This document shows positions 41,484-53,813 of a DNA stretch of 64,000 nt, one piece after another. The DNA is taken from positions 9,920,001-9,984,000 of the forward strand of contig NC_043006.1 in assembly GCF_006345805.1 (NCBI RefSeq), in the 5' to 3' direction. The notes below the pieces were generated by a model. That model did not search any database. It saw only the letters and a program-made list of their open reading frames with translations, and had not been told where the DNA came from. Made by a program: the position numbers and the translations under genes. This stretch comes from Octopus sinensis. Lineage: Eukaryota. Position 1 is the stretch's first letter; every line of letters begins with the position of its first letter.

Positions 41484-42050
41484 TTGGGTTGTCCGAAAAG
41501 TTCGTACCGATTTTTAAAGGAAACAGAAAGGTTAATAAATACTTGGTATTACATTTTTAATCAACCAAATATGAGCCATGTTGTTGGACAATGCGTCTCC
41601 ATTTTTCCTTTAAATTGAAAATACCCTCTTCCTAGAATTGAGGTGGTTTCATGGCAAAGAATTCATCAAGGTATCATTTTTACGTCATACAAGGAATTGA
41701 AATTTTCACCATTAAGACTATTCTGCAGGGACCTGAATAAGTGGAAATACAAAGGAACAATATCTGGTGAAAATGGAGGGTGAGGTAACACATCCTAGCC
41801 GAGCTGGAGCAATCTTTGTCTAGTTCCAAAAGCATGAAGTGCTGAAAATGTAGTTTCTTAACTTCCATTTTAAAGGGTTACAAAATAAACACAGATTTTA
41901 GGAACATAAACCTTCTTCCACGAAAAGATCGCTTAAACTCTGCTCTAAATGGAGGTGTAGTCAAATCCTATTTTATGGACCCAACCATGTTCTAAAATAA
42001 GTCGAAAGGTAAGCTACTATAAATCAGCACGAACTTTCCGTACAACCCAA
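41484..42050 (-). mobile_element. Internally deleted mariner transposon (non-autonomous)
   Basis: Imperfect TIRs ttgggttgtccgaaaagttcgtaccgattt / aaatcagcacgaactttccgtacaacccaa with TA at the left edge. N-terminus MEVKKLHFQHFML and C-terminus LDEFFAMKPPQF*EEGIFNLKEKWRRIVQQ of a mariner transposase. Confidence 0.9.
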
Positions 42051-42739
42051 AATATTTCAGGTGTGCCTTAATTATACTTATTAATAACTTTCATCCAGTA
42101 CTGACCACCCCGACTGTTTTTAGAAGTAATGTATAATTTATTGTGCCCGTTTCATTTTGTAATGGTAGAATGAGTACTTCCGGAAATTACGCAACTATTT
42201 CTTAATGGTTACATAGCAGGATTGATAATTATCATGCTGCCTAACTACTACAGACGCCCAGAAGACGTATTCAGGCTGAATTACTTCATAGGCCCGTTGC
42301 TGATGTGTTGTATAGTAGTAAATAAATACATACCTAAACAGACTTATTATCATGTATATTTATGAATCTATTCTCTCTACCAGTGAAACGTTTCACTACA
42401 ACTGAGTAGTTATAGTAAAAATATTCATAATCATTCAGAAGAAATTCGTCACTAATTTGAAATCTCCTGTCGCACATATTCACTTATTCGGAAATGAGGG
42501 CAATATGCATGACAATTTTCAGATTCGCTAGGGCGGTTGGGAATCGAAGTTAGAAGTTAACAAAAGAAATGACCAGAATGCTTGGAATATTCTGGCACCC
42601 AAGGTACCACACTGGGGCGTGAAATGGAATGACATATTAAACGCATCACTAATGTAGGCCATGAAGGCATTTGATCACAGAAAGCAAAAGAAATAATAAC
42701 AATTCACGCATAGATTCCGACGCTGTAAAGTTTCTGTAA

Positions 42740-42886
42740 ACCCTGCACTCTAAATTAATTATCGATTATGGACGGATTAAAAACGTGGTAGTCCTCAACG
42801 GAATTTAAACTCAGAACGCAATCAGCTGGAAGAAATGGTGTTCGCTATTACGACCAAATTTCTAACAATCTGCCAAATTGACGCCT
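42740..42886 (-). mobile_element. Highly diverged SINE family A copy
   Basis: cggaatttaaactcagaacg...ctaacaatctgcca...cgcc. Confidence 0.55.
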
Positions 42887-43640
42887 AATACAGTTAATGT
42901 CGATATCCTGATAACATATTTTGTTTAAGCTATCAAGTGTACCTACTTGATCTCTAGTTATCGTTGTCTTTATATTAACCAATTAATAACATTCAATATA
43001 TCAGATTTGATACTTCACATACCATAATTATAATCCAAAAAAATCAATTCACATCATTTTCCTAATACACATGCACCGTTTGAAGTACAAGTTTTATTTC
43101 GTCTTTGGCAGACGGTTATTATTCATACGTAAACTATAATTAGATTACTTGAGCATAATGTTTAACATGCTACTGGCTTATTATCTTTGCTATGAAAGGA
43201 AAATGAGTAATTAAGAGGAAGACTTTACTATTGATGAACCTAGTAACGTTGTTAGTGATACCTTTTACTCATACGTAAATATAGATTAATAAAGGATCAT
43301 GACTTAACATTACCCCTTAACGTATCAATATTATCCATCGTAATCAAATAAGAGATATTGCTGTTGGTGATGATGATGATGATAATGATGACGACGACAA
43401 TGACGACAACGAGGTGGAGTAAAAGGATTTGGAGGACGAGAATGATGATTTTATGTATTTTCATTACACTGATCTGTGAAGGCGTGTAGCCTGGCGGTTT
43501 GGACATTGCACTGATGATCGTCAGATTGTGCTTCTATTTCTGCCGTTACAAGGAAATTACCAACAAACAGTGCTTGCAATCATTACATTAAAATGCAATC
43601 ATTACATTAAAATGTTTTATATATATATATATATATGCAT

Positions 43641-43991
43641 GGCTGCTCTCGATTATTGGGATCGCCTTAAAACCATGAAACTCGACTCTTTCCAGCGTCG
43701 CCGTGAGCGGTACATCATTTGTACGATGTGGAGAATATACCGCCAACTTTGCCCAAACGACCTGAACATAAGCTTCAAGGTTCAGCCAAGACTGGGACCA
43801 CGGTCCATACGTCCCCTGCCCAATTCAAAATCACAGCATACAACTCACCCAACAAAAACTCACTACTTGAATGGACCATAAGCAAAACTTGACTTAAACA
43901 GGATTCAAATAATCCTATCAGGTGGTGCTATTAAGTTAGACATGGCCTGGACCAATCATTGGTCGAAACACATCTAAGTTTATCTAAGTTT
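43641..43991 (+). mobile_element. Short CR1-like 3' fragment, same family as 37222-38424, with internal deletion
   Basis: LDYWDRLK...RRRERYIICTMW and the same 3' UTR with tail atctaagtttatctaagttt. Confidence 0.92.
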
Positions 43992-44135
43992 ATATAAAAA
44001 ATAAGGGTGAAAGAATTGGATATTAATTTAATAACATCGTGCTAATTCTCCTTGGGAACAATTCTTGGTGGTTGAGACCATTGCGGATCTATTTTTAGTG
44101 CAAGAGCGTCCACATAGTGGGCCCTATCTTATATT

Positions 44136-44203
<68 letters not shown>

Positions 44204-44299
44204 CATATATAACGGCGTACGTGCAATTTGGTCTCTTTCATGTAAGTATATAATTATCTAAATCTTGTACGAATCTATTCTTTCTTTCTATCAGCTCTT

Positions 44300-44927
44300 T
44301 CACGCTTATTCGTTCATTCCACACTTCGTTCTCCCTTTTTAATTTTTCCCTCCCTTTTCTTCTTGCTCATTTTCCCTCCTCTTTTCATTTCACTGTGTTT
44401 ATGTCATTTTATCTCGTCCCTCCGTCATTCTTCTGTCCCTCTGCCTCTACCACTCTCTCTTCTCTCCCCATGTGACCGGTGTTCGGCCAAGCCTGATCTT
44501 TCTCTCTTTGTTCAGTCGTCGTCCTAGTGTCTGAGTAATCTTCCATTCCTGCCGTAAGGCTTCATTTGCACACACGCCAGCTTAATATACTTCGAGCTTA
44601 GTCGACATACACCAGTTGTTATGTCCTGTTATTTGTATTTGTGTAACATTCTCCGTTTTTCCGTCCTTGCTTTCGTATACATTCGCTGCTTTCTTCCAAG
44701 GAATCTAACTCTCTTAGCTTAGTTTCTCCTTGAGGTTAGCCAGATTGGAGCAATCTCGAGTTTAACCAGCCGAAACTGTAAAGATAATCTGGAGCTCAAC
44801 TGAGGAAAAATATCTCCGAAAGACCGTCCTTGTTTTCTTTGTATCGTCTAACTGGATGTTTTGTTGTCCGTTGTTTGCATCACCTAAATGTCTGGATGTT
44901 TTGCTTTCTTGTCCCATTTTCTATTAT
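44300..44927 (+). mobile_element. Repeat family D copy
   Basis: High similarity to 57480-58020. Confidence 0.8.
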
Positions 44928-45140
44928 GTATATATATACAAAATAAGAGAATGGAGAAATACATCTAAATCATTTATCAACTACCAGATAATACCCAATC
45001 ACATACTTTATTAAACCACTACATAAAAATATATAACAAAACAGCGTACATGAATGAGTAATACAATACAATAAGTATAATCATTATAAGAGGATATAAA
45101 TAAATAAATATAAATAGATATAAATATAAATATATACTAT

Positions 45141-45267
45141 ATCTTACAGCTGTTTCGGCCATGCAGATAAATATGCCTCATTTTACTTATATTAGCCATG
45201 TATAGTATGTCAATATGAAGTTAAAAATGAGACATTTACAAAGATATCTTAAGGCCTCTTCGGAGAT
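45141..45267 (-). ncRNA. Type I hammerhead motif with U4->C core variant
   Basis: Minus strand: atct-CCGAAGA-ggcc..(long)..ggcc-GAAA-cagctg-TA-agat. Confidence 0.6.
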
Positions 45268-45863
45268 TCTAAAGTATAAACCAAATTACATATATACTCA
45301 TATAAGTGTGGGTACATACCTTTGTCCATGTAATACAGTAAATGAGTTAATTGCATCGAAATTCTTAACATTTATGTATTGACTTTGTTGGGTACTTCAC
45401 TAGCAGTATATTGGATACATGTTATCCCATGGAGGGTTGAATTTGTATAGATATATATATACATATATATATATAAATATATATAACACGAACAAGAATT
45501 GGGAAAACATTTTAATGTGATGATTACACAATGCGTTAAGGACGGTCGTTTCTATCGTAAGTGTAAAATATAATTACTTATCTATCAAATATTCTGAAGC
45601 AATTTTTAGAAAAAATATGCTTATTAGATTATAGGAAACGCTTTTACAATTAACGGGTTATTTACGATTGAAATATTTAAGTCTTTTTTCCATATTCACC
45701 ATTGAAATATTTTAAAGTTTTTCCTATATTTAGCAGAATATTTCGATGTAAGAATTTTTCTGCAACTTAATAAATCAAATTCAGAGCTAATTATATATAT
45801 ATATATATATATACGCATGTAACGTATGTACAAATATATATATATATATATACGTATGTATAA

Positions 45864-45903
<40 letters not shown>

Positions 45904-46634
45904 ATATATATATATATATATATACAAAAAATTATATATATATATATATATTCATTTATATAATTCATATAAACTTCATATAACACTTCCTAAATAATTA
46001 AAATAGGAGTATAATTTACATAATGGATAGACTTCAAATCTCTCCTCTCATTATATTTTCCAATCACTATATTATTACTATTATAATAATATTTCTTAAT
46101 ATTTTATTTTTATTTCCAACATAATTTTCATTTCATTTTATTTTATTCTTTACATTTTCACTTTGGTATTTACCTCTTTGTAACCTATTATTATTTATCT
46201 TTTTATGTATCTTGTCAGATATCTTTTGTACAATTCCAAATATATTTGATGACTTTTGATAAATTTTTGATATCTTATATCTTTCTAATATCACCGGTTT
46301 ATTCTGCCAGCATTTTTACTACTTCTAATGCTCTTTCACTATTATTCCCTTACAAAATGATTCTTGCAAAACTCTATTTTTTTTTATGATTCTTACCTAA
46401 CTCTATTCCTATAGAACCTTATATCTTTATATCAATTACTTCATTTATTCTTAATTTGCTACTCCCTTTTATCACTTATATTTATTTCATTTCTTTTCAA
46501 ATCATTTCCATTATTGATCATCCCTCAATTCAACTTGTTGTTACTTAATACCAGGCCTATTAGATTTGTCATAAACAGATCTAAAAAACATTTTAAACAA
46601 CTTTTAAATATATGGAACTTAATCAATTGAGAAT

Positions 46635-46858
46635 ATATTTCTTAACTACCCAGAGGAGACAAACAAGGATAGACAAAGAGATTAAGTCGATTACATCGAT
46701 TACCTCGACCCCAGTGCATAACTGGTACTTAATTTATCGACCCCGGAAGGATGAAAGGCAAAGTCGAAATAGGCGGAATTTGAACTCGGAACGTAACGGC
46801 AGAGGAAATATGGCAACGCATTTCGCCCGGCGTGCTAACGTTTCTGCCAGCTCGCCGC
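46635..46858 (-). mobile_element. SINE family A copy
   Basis: Reverse complement of the family A head and core. Confidence 0.88.
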
Positions 46859-46999
46859 TAACTGTTACGTACTCAAAAACAAGATATACACTTGTAAGGT
46901 GTATTGTATGTGTGCATACATGGATGGACTTGTGTGAGTGTATGTGGATACTATACATGGATATATATATATATATATAAATACTATACATGGATATAT

Positions 47000-47056
<57 letters not shown>

Positions 47057-47245
47057 TAAGTAATTAAGGGTTTAGCAACGATTTGCCTCACCACACACCG
47101 AATTTAGAAATAGCAGTCAAAGAGTTATAGCTATTCTTTCTACTAAAAGGGAGATCTCAGTAAAACCACACCACTTGAAAGGCAAACACAGACAGGCAAG
47201 AGAGTATCTCGAAATTTAATATATAATTATTCATAATTGTAGTGT

Positions 47246-47336
47246 CCTACGCTGATGAGAAAAGAAGTTGGGTAAAACATAATTATCTAATTCTTATGCT
47301 TTCCTAAAACTTAATTTCGAAACGTACGTCCGTAGG
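47246..47336 (+). ncRNA. Type I hammerhead ribozyme, intact core, predicted GUC cleavage after 47330
   Basis: cctacg-CTGATGA-gaaa...tttc-GAAA-cgtacg-TC-cgtagg. Confidence 0.88.
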
Positions 47337-47828
47337 TGACTTAAAATTGTATGATAGATTGCTGTCATTTCTTTCTCTCTTGCCTGTCTGTGTTTGCCTT
47401 TCAAGTGTTGTGGTTTTACTGAGATCTCCCTTTTAGTAGAAAGAATACCTATAACTCTTTGACTGCTATTTCTAAATTCGGTGTGTGGTGAGGCAAATCG
47501 TTGCTAAACCCTTAATTACTTAGTATTACTTAAACTTTCCTCGAATGAGGCTTTTACATGCCGAAATCTACTTGGTGAAATTAATGATTATTCCAAATTA
47601 ATTAATTTCACCCTATATTATTACTGATAACCATATTTCATCCCAGTAAATGACCACAACATCTTGTCTTGGCTACACGCTGGTGGGAAGGGGCTTGTGA
47701 CACAAACTTTCATTCACACTTTGAATTTGGTGATACTGGTAACGGTTTTAGCTCGCTCTGATACTGAGTTGAGATGATGCCTTCTAGTATCTCGAAATTT
47801 AATATACAATTATTCATAATTGTAGTGT

Positions 47829-47919
47829 CCTACGCTGATGAGAAAAGAAGTTGGGTAAGACATAATTATCTAATTCTTATGCTTTCCTAAATCTTAATGT
47901 TGAAACGTACATCCGTAGG
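47829..47919 (+). ncRNA. Type I hammerhead ribozyme copy 2, mutated in helix II base and helix III
   Basis: cctacg-CTGATGA-gaaa...tgtt-GAAA-cgtaca-TC-cgtagg. Confidence 0.7.
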
Positions 47920-48410
47920 TGACTTAAAATTGTATGATAGATTGCTGTCATTTCTTTCTCTCTTGCCTGTCTGTGTTTGCTATTCAAGTGCTGTGGTTTT
48001 ATTGAGATCTCCCTTTTAGTAGAAAGAATACCTATAACTCTTTGACTGATATTTCTAAATTCGGTGTGTGGTGAGGCAAATCGTTGCTAAACCCTTAATT
48101 ACTTAGTATTACTTAAACTTTCCTCGAATGAGGCTTTTACATGCTGAAATCTACTTGGTGAAATAATGATTATTCCAAATTAATTAATTTCACCCTATAT
48201 TATTACTGATAACCATATTTCATCCCAGTAAATGACCACAACATCTTGTCTTGGCTACACGCTGGTGGGAAGGGGCTTGTGACACAAACTTTCATTCACA
48301 CTTTGAATTTGGTGATACTGGTAACGGTTTTAGCTCGCTCTGATACTGAGTTGAGATGATGCCTTCTAGTATCTCGAAATTTAATATACAATTATTCATA
48401 ATTGTAGTGT

Positions 48411-48501
48411 CCTACGCTGATGAGAAAAGAAGTTGGGTAAGACATAATTATCTAATTCTTATGCTTTCCTAAAACTTAATTTCGAAACGTACGTCCGTAG
48501 G
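48411..48501 (+). ncRNA. Type I hammerhead ribozyme copy 3, intact core, predicted GUC cleavage after 48495
   Basis: cctacg-CTGATGA-gaaa...tttc-GAAA-cgtacg-TC-cgtagg. Confidence 0.88.
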
Positions 48502-49003
48502 TGACTTAAAATTTGTATGATAGATTGCTGTCATTTCTTTCTCTCTTGCCTGTCGGTGTTTGCATTTCAGGTGCTGTGGTTTTACTGAGATCTCCCTTTT
48601 AGTAGAAAGAATAGCTATAACTCTTTGACTTCTATTTCTAAATTCGGTGTGTGGTGAGGCAAATCGTTGCTAAACCCTTAATTACTTAGTATTACTTAAA
48701 CTTTCCTCGAATGAGGCTTTTACATGCCGAAATCTACTTGGTGAAATTAATGATTATTCCAAATTAATTCATTTCACCCTATATTATTACTGATATATAT
48801 ATACGTGTGCTTAAGGATATGGGGATATATTAATGTATGTATATGTTTACTAGGGTGTAATTGTAGATATGTGATGGAATGTATGAATAGATTCATGTAT
48901 TTAAAGCTCTGCATAATGAGGTGTATTTGTATACGTTCGAGCATGTTAGCATATCCATCTGTATGAGTGCGTGCGTATACACACACACACACACATATAC
49001 ATA

Positions 49004-49429
49004 CTCTTTTACTCTTTTACTTGTTTCAGTCGTTTGACTGCGGCCATGCTTGAGCACCACCTTTAATCGAGCAACTAGACCCCGGAACTTATTCTTTTGT
49101 AAGCCAAGTACTTATTCTATCGGTCTCTTTTGCCGAACCGCTAAGTGACGGGGACATAAACACACCAGCATCGGTTGTCAAGCAATGCTAGGTGGACAAA
49201 CACAGACACACAAACACACACACGCATATATATATATTATATTATATATATATATATAATATATACGACGGCTTCTTCTTTCAGTTTCCGTCTACGAAAT
49301 CCACTCACAAGGCTTTGATCGGACCGAGGCTATAGTAGAAGACACTTGCCCAAGTGCCACGCAGTGGGACTGAACCCGAAACCATGTGGTTGGTAAGAAA
49401 GCTACTTACCACACAGCCACTCCTGCGCC
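49004..49429 (-). mobile_element. SINE family B full-length copy
   Basis: Reverse complement of 7659-8070. Confidence 0.9.
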
Positions 49430-49762
49430 TATATATATATACTATAAATTATAAAGCTAGTAATTTTTAGTGGTGAGTTTGGGTAAACTGACCATTCATC
49501 ACAATGATGTCAAATTACAACCTTAATCTATAATTCATCGAGTGGTCAAACTAAGAAATTATGTATGACCGCTACCATCTCATCAAAGCCAAAATCCTGT
49601 TCACAGTTCTACAGTATCTTATCTCTTTATCTCTTATTCTACTTCATGTTTTCATTTCTTTGTTTTTTTTTATTTCTTTTGTTATTTTATTCCGATTTTG
49701 CTAAATATTATCTATATGCGTATCTACCTTTATTATCCTTATTTTTACTTTTATTATCCTTA

Positions 49763-50142
49763 CTAGCAGTATCGCCCGGTGTTGCTCGGGTTTGTAAGGG
49801 AAATAACTATATGATCATTTTTAGAGAGTTATAGCCAAAAAATAGCAAAAAAATGCATCAAAAATGGAAATATTTTTTTTTTTTAAATCGTTGACTCATC
49901 GTAGACATTTCTAGAGAGTTACTTCCCTTATATAATAGCGAAAAAATTGCATTAAAATGGAAAAAATGATGGTAATTATTTTAAAATCGTAGACTCATCG
50001 TAGACGCGCACTAATACCCAGAAGAGCTCGATATGAATCACGACTATAAGATACCCGGTTAAACTACACCGCAAAATGTGGGAGTAGTTAGGAATCTAAA
50101 TCGTAAGAGATAGACAAACAACTTCACTTTTATATATAACGA
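49763..50142 (-). mobile_element. Non-autonomous Helitron
   Basis: Minus strand begins TC and ends CTAG, inserted between A and T, with a subterminal hairpin cccgagcaacaccggg ~10 nt before CTAG. No TSD. Confidence 0.75.
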
Positions 50143-50584
50143 TTTTTACTTTTATTATCTTTATTTTAACTTTTATTACTCTTGTTTCTAGTTTCTATTA
50201 CTTTTATTTCTTACTTTATTTTTTTTTAACTTTTATTATTTCTTTCTATCTTATAAACGCTAATTAATTATAAACTCAATCAAATCTATCTAACATTCAC
50301 TCTATGCTGAAAGGTAGTAGAGTATGGGCAGATTTTTTTTATCCAACGAACCTTTATACAAATATACCTTTGCAAGGAGATATGATAATCCTACTATAAT
50401 GGGTAATACTACGTGTACTTTTTTATTTTGTGATGTAATCTTTGGACTAACAATGTTTGCGGCTGAAGATAGCTTTAAACCATCTTTTATATAAATAATA
50501 GACTGATGTAATAACAGATTGTTTATAAAGATTGAAACACATGTATCGCGATATCCTTTGTGTTCTGTTATTAGTTTATGCGTG

Positions 50585-50633
<49 letters not shown>

Positions 50634-51149
50634 ATGTATATAATTATTATTAAAGCTGCAAAGTATAATAATACTCTTGTGCTTATAAATGAGAAAGGAA
50701 GGAGTAATAGATGAATAAGAAAGGAAGATATGATTTCAAACTTTGTAGTGGGATGATGAAAATTGTACGCTGAAAAAATAAAACAAACAGTGTTTCAACT
50801 TCGTGTGAATATATGTGTACGTAAAAGGGGGGTTATATGAATGTGTTTGTGTGCGTGTGTGTGTGTGTGCGTGTGTGTGTGTGTTTGTGTGTGCGTGTGC
50901 GTGTGCGCGTGCAATGGAAGGCGAATGGTTCATCTCAGTTCGCTATGGGTTTATTTTTTGGTTTGGTTGAATCATGGTTGTTTGTGTTTCTGTTGGTCAG
51001 TTATTTTTAGCGTTCAAAAAAGTCATTCTAAAATTATATTTTAATGTTAGCGTGCCCGAACAAGTCGAATGCTTACACAGAGCAGGTTTTACAATCACAT
51101 CATCCAAACTGACCGGGTGAAACCAGGCCTTGCTGCTAGTGCATTTATA

Positions 51150-51365
51150 TATTCAAAATGTGACCGCGTGTGTACCGTTGGCGATTTTTCTTCTGTCTTC
51201 CCTTCTCTGGATCTCTCCTTCTCCTATGTTTCCGACGAAGAGCTCCGCATGAAACGTTAAACCCACCTTCTTCCCATCCTTCCTGAGCGTCCAATAATAC
51301 TATATTTGTTCCACGTCCTCGCGTTGTTGTGTTTTCTCTTTGTGTTTTCATGTTTGGTTTAACTA
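51150..51365 (+). mobile_element. Repeat family C copy with minimal HHR
   Basis: gttt-CCGACGA-agagctccgcat-GAAA-cg-TT-aaac. Homologous to 56955-57170. Confidence 0.75.
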
Positions 51366-51543
51366 TATATATATATATATTGTATGCCGGTTTTTACTTT
51401 TTCTAATAATATCACCATTGCGAGGAAGTTGCTTTGTTGCATAGTTCGATACGATCTTCGGGGAATATTCAGTTTCATCTCATCTTCGATGGATGTTTTC
51501 TAACACAGGAATACATTATATTAGAGCATTGATAGATACAACG

Positions 51544-51593
51544 TCTTACAGCTGTTTCTAGAATATTAATAAATAATATCACTTCATCGGAGA
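51544..51593 (-). ncRNA. Degenerate type I hammerhead motif (U4->C)
   Basis: Minus strand: tct-CCGATGA-ag..atatt..aatat..cta-GAAA-cagctg-TA-aga. Confidence 0.5.
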
Positions 51594-51618
51594 AGTGTGA
51601 GAGGAAAAATTGCCAAAG

Positions 51619-51684
<66 letters not shown>

Positions 51685-51723
51685 ATACATATATTTGTGT
51701 GTGTATATATGTATGTATGAATA

Positions 51724-52022
51724 TCATCATCATCATCATCATCATCATCGTTTAGCGTCCGTTTTCCATGCTAGCATGGGCTGGACGGTTCTACTGGGGT
51801 CTGTGAAGCCAGAAGGCTTCATCAGGCCCAGTCAAATCTGGCAGTTTTTCTACGGCTGGATGCCCTTCCTAACGCCAACCACTCCGTGAGTGTAGTGGGT
51901 GCTTTTTACGTGCCACCCGCACAGGTGCCAGACAGAGCTGGCAAACGGCCACGAACGGATGGTGCTTTTCGTGTCCGTTGCCAGCCTTGCCTGGCCCTCG
52001 TGCCGGTGGCACATAAAAAGCA
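51724..52022 (-). mobile_element. SINE-like element 3' portion with (ATG)n tail
   Basis: Minus strand ggttggcgttaggaagggcatccagccgtagaaa, a motif shared by many SINE/RTE elements, ending gacgctaaacgatgatgatg. Confidence 0.65.
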
Positions 52023-52023
52023 T

Positions 52024-52539
52024 AGTCATCGATTACTGAGACGAACTTACTAAAGATATATTATACAAACTTTAATTTTTACTATCAAAGTCGACTTGCA
52101 TAAAACTAAACCAGCAAATTTTAATGTTCTTCAAAATCACTTTCTCATATTTTCTAATTTTCAAACAACATTCGATATATTGTAAAAACTTTATCTTCTC
52201 CATCTCTGACGAGCGGAAGTGTTGTCTATCAATGTGTATCAACAATGAATTCCATTATAATGACAATACTTTCGTGAAACGATCATATGATACGTTAATT
52301 AACAAATTTTTTAACTTTCATGTTTCTGATATTTACATATATCTTTTATACAATAATATTTTAGACAAATGTATCTTCGCGAAGAATTTTATTGATATTA
52401 AACTTCAAGCTATTATTTCAAATACAGTATATATATATATATATATATATACAAGCTCCAATTTTCTTTCCATAATCTATCTGCACAAATCAAACAAGCA
52501 GTCATAGATTACTGAGACACACTTAACAGGATATATTAT

Positions 52540-52573
<34 letters not shown>

Positions 52574-52998
52574 ATATATATATATATAATATATATATAT
52601 ATATAATATATATATATACAAACTTTAAATTTCATTACCAAAGTCGACCTGCATAAATCTAAATCAGTAAGTTTTAATCTATTTTTCAAACATAGTTTTA
52701 CATATTTTTCTAATTTTAAAACAACGTTCGATATATTATAAAATATAAAATCGTTACCTTCTCCATCTCTGACGAGCGGAAGTGTTGTCTATCAATGTGT
52801 ATCAACAATGGATTCCATTATAAGGACAATACTCTCCTGAAACGATCGTAAGATGCATTAATTAAGACATTTTTAAACTGTCATGTTTCATATATTTACA
52901 TATATTTTTTATACAAAATTATTTTAAACATATATATCTTGGTGAGGAATTTTGTTGATATTAAATTTCATGCTATTATTTCAAATACAGTATATATA
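52024..52998 (+). mobile_element. Diverged tandem dimer, each unit carrying a type I HHR (52201-52292, 52764-52855)
   Basis: catct-CTGACGA-gcggaagtgttgtc...gacaatact-GAAA-cgatcg-TA-agatg in copy 2. Copy 1 has cgatca/tgata. Units begin agtcat.gattactgagac. Confidence 0.8.
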
Positions 52999-53467
52999 AT
53001 CGCTCCTATTAATGTCTAAATACTTTATAGTATTAATATTTTTGACATTTCATACAAAGAACGCTCATTATAAATTCAGTGTATAATATTCTAACAGAAT
53101 ATATTTAATGATATATATGCATACATACAGATATACATGAATACATAATCCGTACATATAATTGTTGACGATATGTATATGTGAGTGGAAGTTGTGGGAA
53201 TGAATACAGGTGCATATCTTATATTCTATGAGTTTATTCGAATTTTGTACCTACATTCAAAAGCATTGTCATCTAGATATGAGTGAAATAGTTTTTGTTT
53301 CTATACCATTTGTTTCTCTTCATATTTTCAAAATATCAGTTTAAATAAAAATAATTCCAAATACTTTATACTTCTAATTCAGATTTATAAGTATACAGCA
53401 TATAAAAAAAAACGTTTAATTTCATGCATAATACAACTGTTTTGTTTTTTCTGTCCCAAATATCAGT

Positions 53468-53813
53468 TGTGGAAGCACTCCGACGGTTACGACGACGAGA
53501 GTTCCAGTTGATCCGAATCAACGGAACAGCCTGCTCGTGAAATTAACGTGTAAGTGGCCGAGCACTCCACAGACACGTGTACCCTTAACGTAGTTCTCGG
53601 TGATATTCAGCGTGACACAGAGAGTGACAAGTAAGAGTGATAGAAAGTTGTGGTGAAAGAGTACAGCAGGGATCACCACCATCCCCTGCCGGAGCCTCGT
53701 GGAGCTTTAGGTGTTTTCGCTCAAAACACACTCAAAACGCCCGGTCTGGCAATCGAAACCGCGATCCTATGACCGCGAATCCGCTTCCCTAACCACTGGG
53801 CCATTGCGCCTCC
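53468..53813 (-). mobile_element. tRNA-derived SINE family E
   Basis: Minus strand head ggaggcgcaatggcccagtggttagg...ggtttcgattgcc (A/B boxes). Decayed relatives at 35518 and 36195. Confidence 0.8.

Larger units (their letters stand above)
47054..48794 (+). mobile_element. Tandem ~582-bp HHR-bearing repeat array with an inverted partial copy (PLE pLTR-derived / retrozyme-like)
   Basis: Units start at 47203, 47786 and 48368 (third partial). 47054-47204 is the reverse complement of ~47374-47526. Embedded in (TA)n. No ORF. Confidence 0.9.

Noticed and set aside
44795-44832. CTGAGGA...CGAAA..GTC in repeat family D (also ~57909)
   Set aside because: Helix II and III pairing is not consistent between copies; needs a consensus before any claim.
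47203-48794. CRISPR array or LTR retrotransposon interpretation of the tandem repeat
   Set aside because: No unique spacers, no TG..CA ends, PBS or PPT; eukaryotic context.
50503-50550. CTGATGT...GAAA-cacatg-TA HHR-like string
   Set aside because: Core mutated and helix I only 2 bp.
51110-51140. Helitron-like 3' end (hairpin plus CTAG-T)
   Set aside because: Hairpin imperfect and no matching 5' TC end could be identified.
5128-53813. tRNA genes at A/B-box-containing segments
   Set aside because: No cloverleaf or acceptor stem; each continues into a SINE body and tail and is multi-copy.
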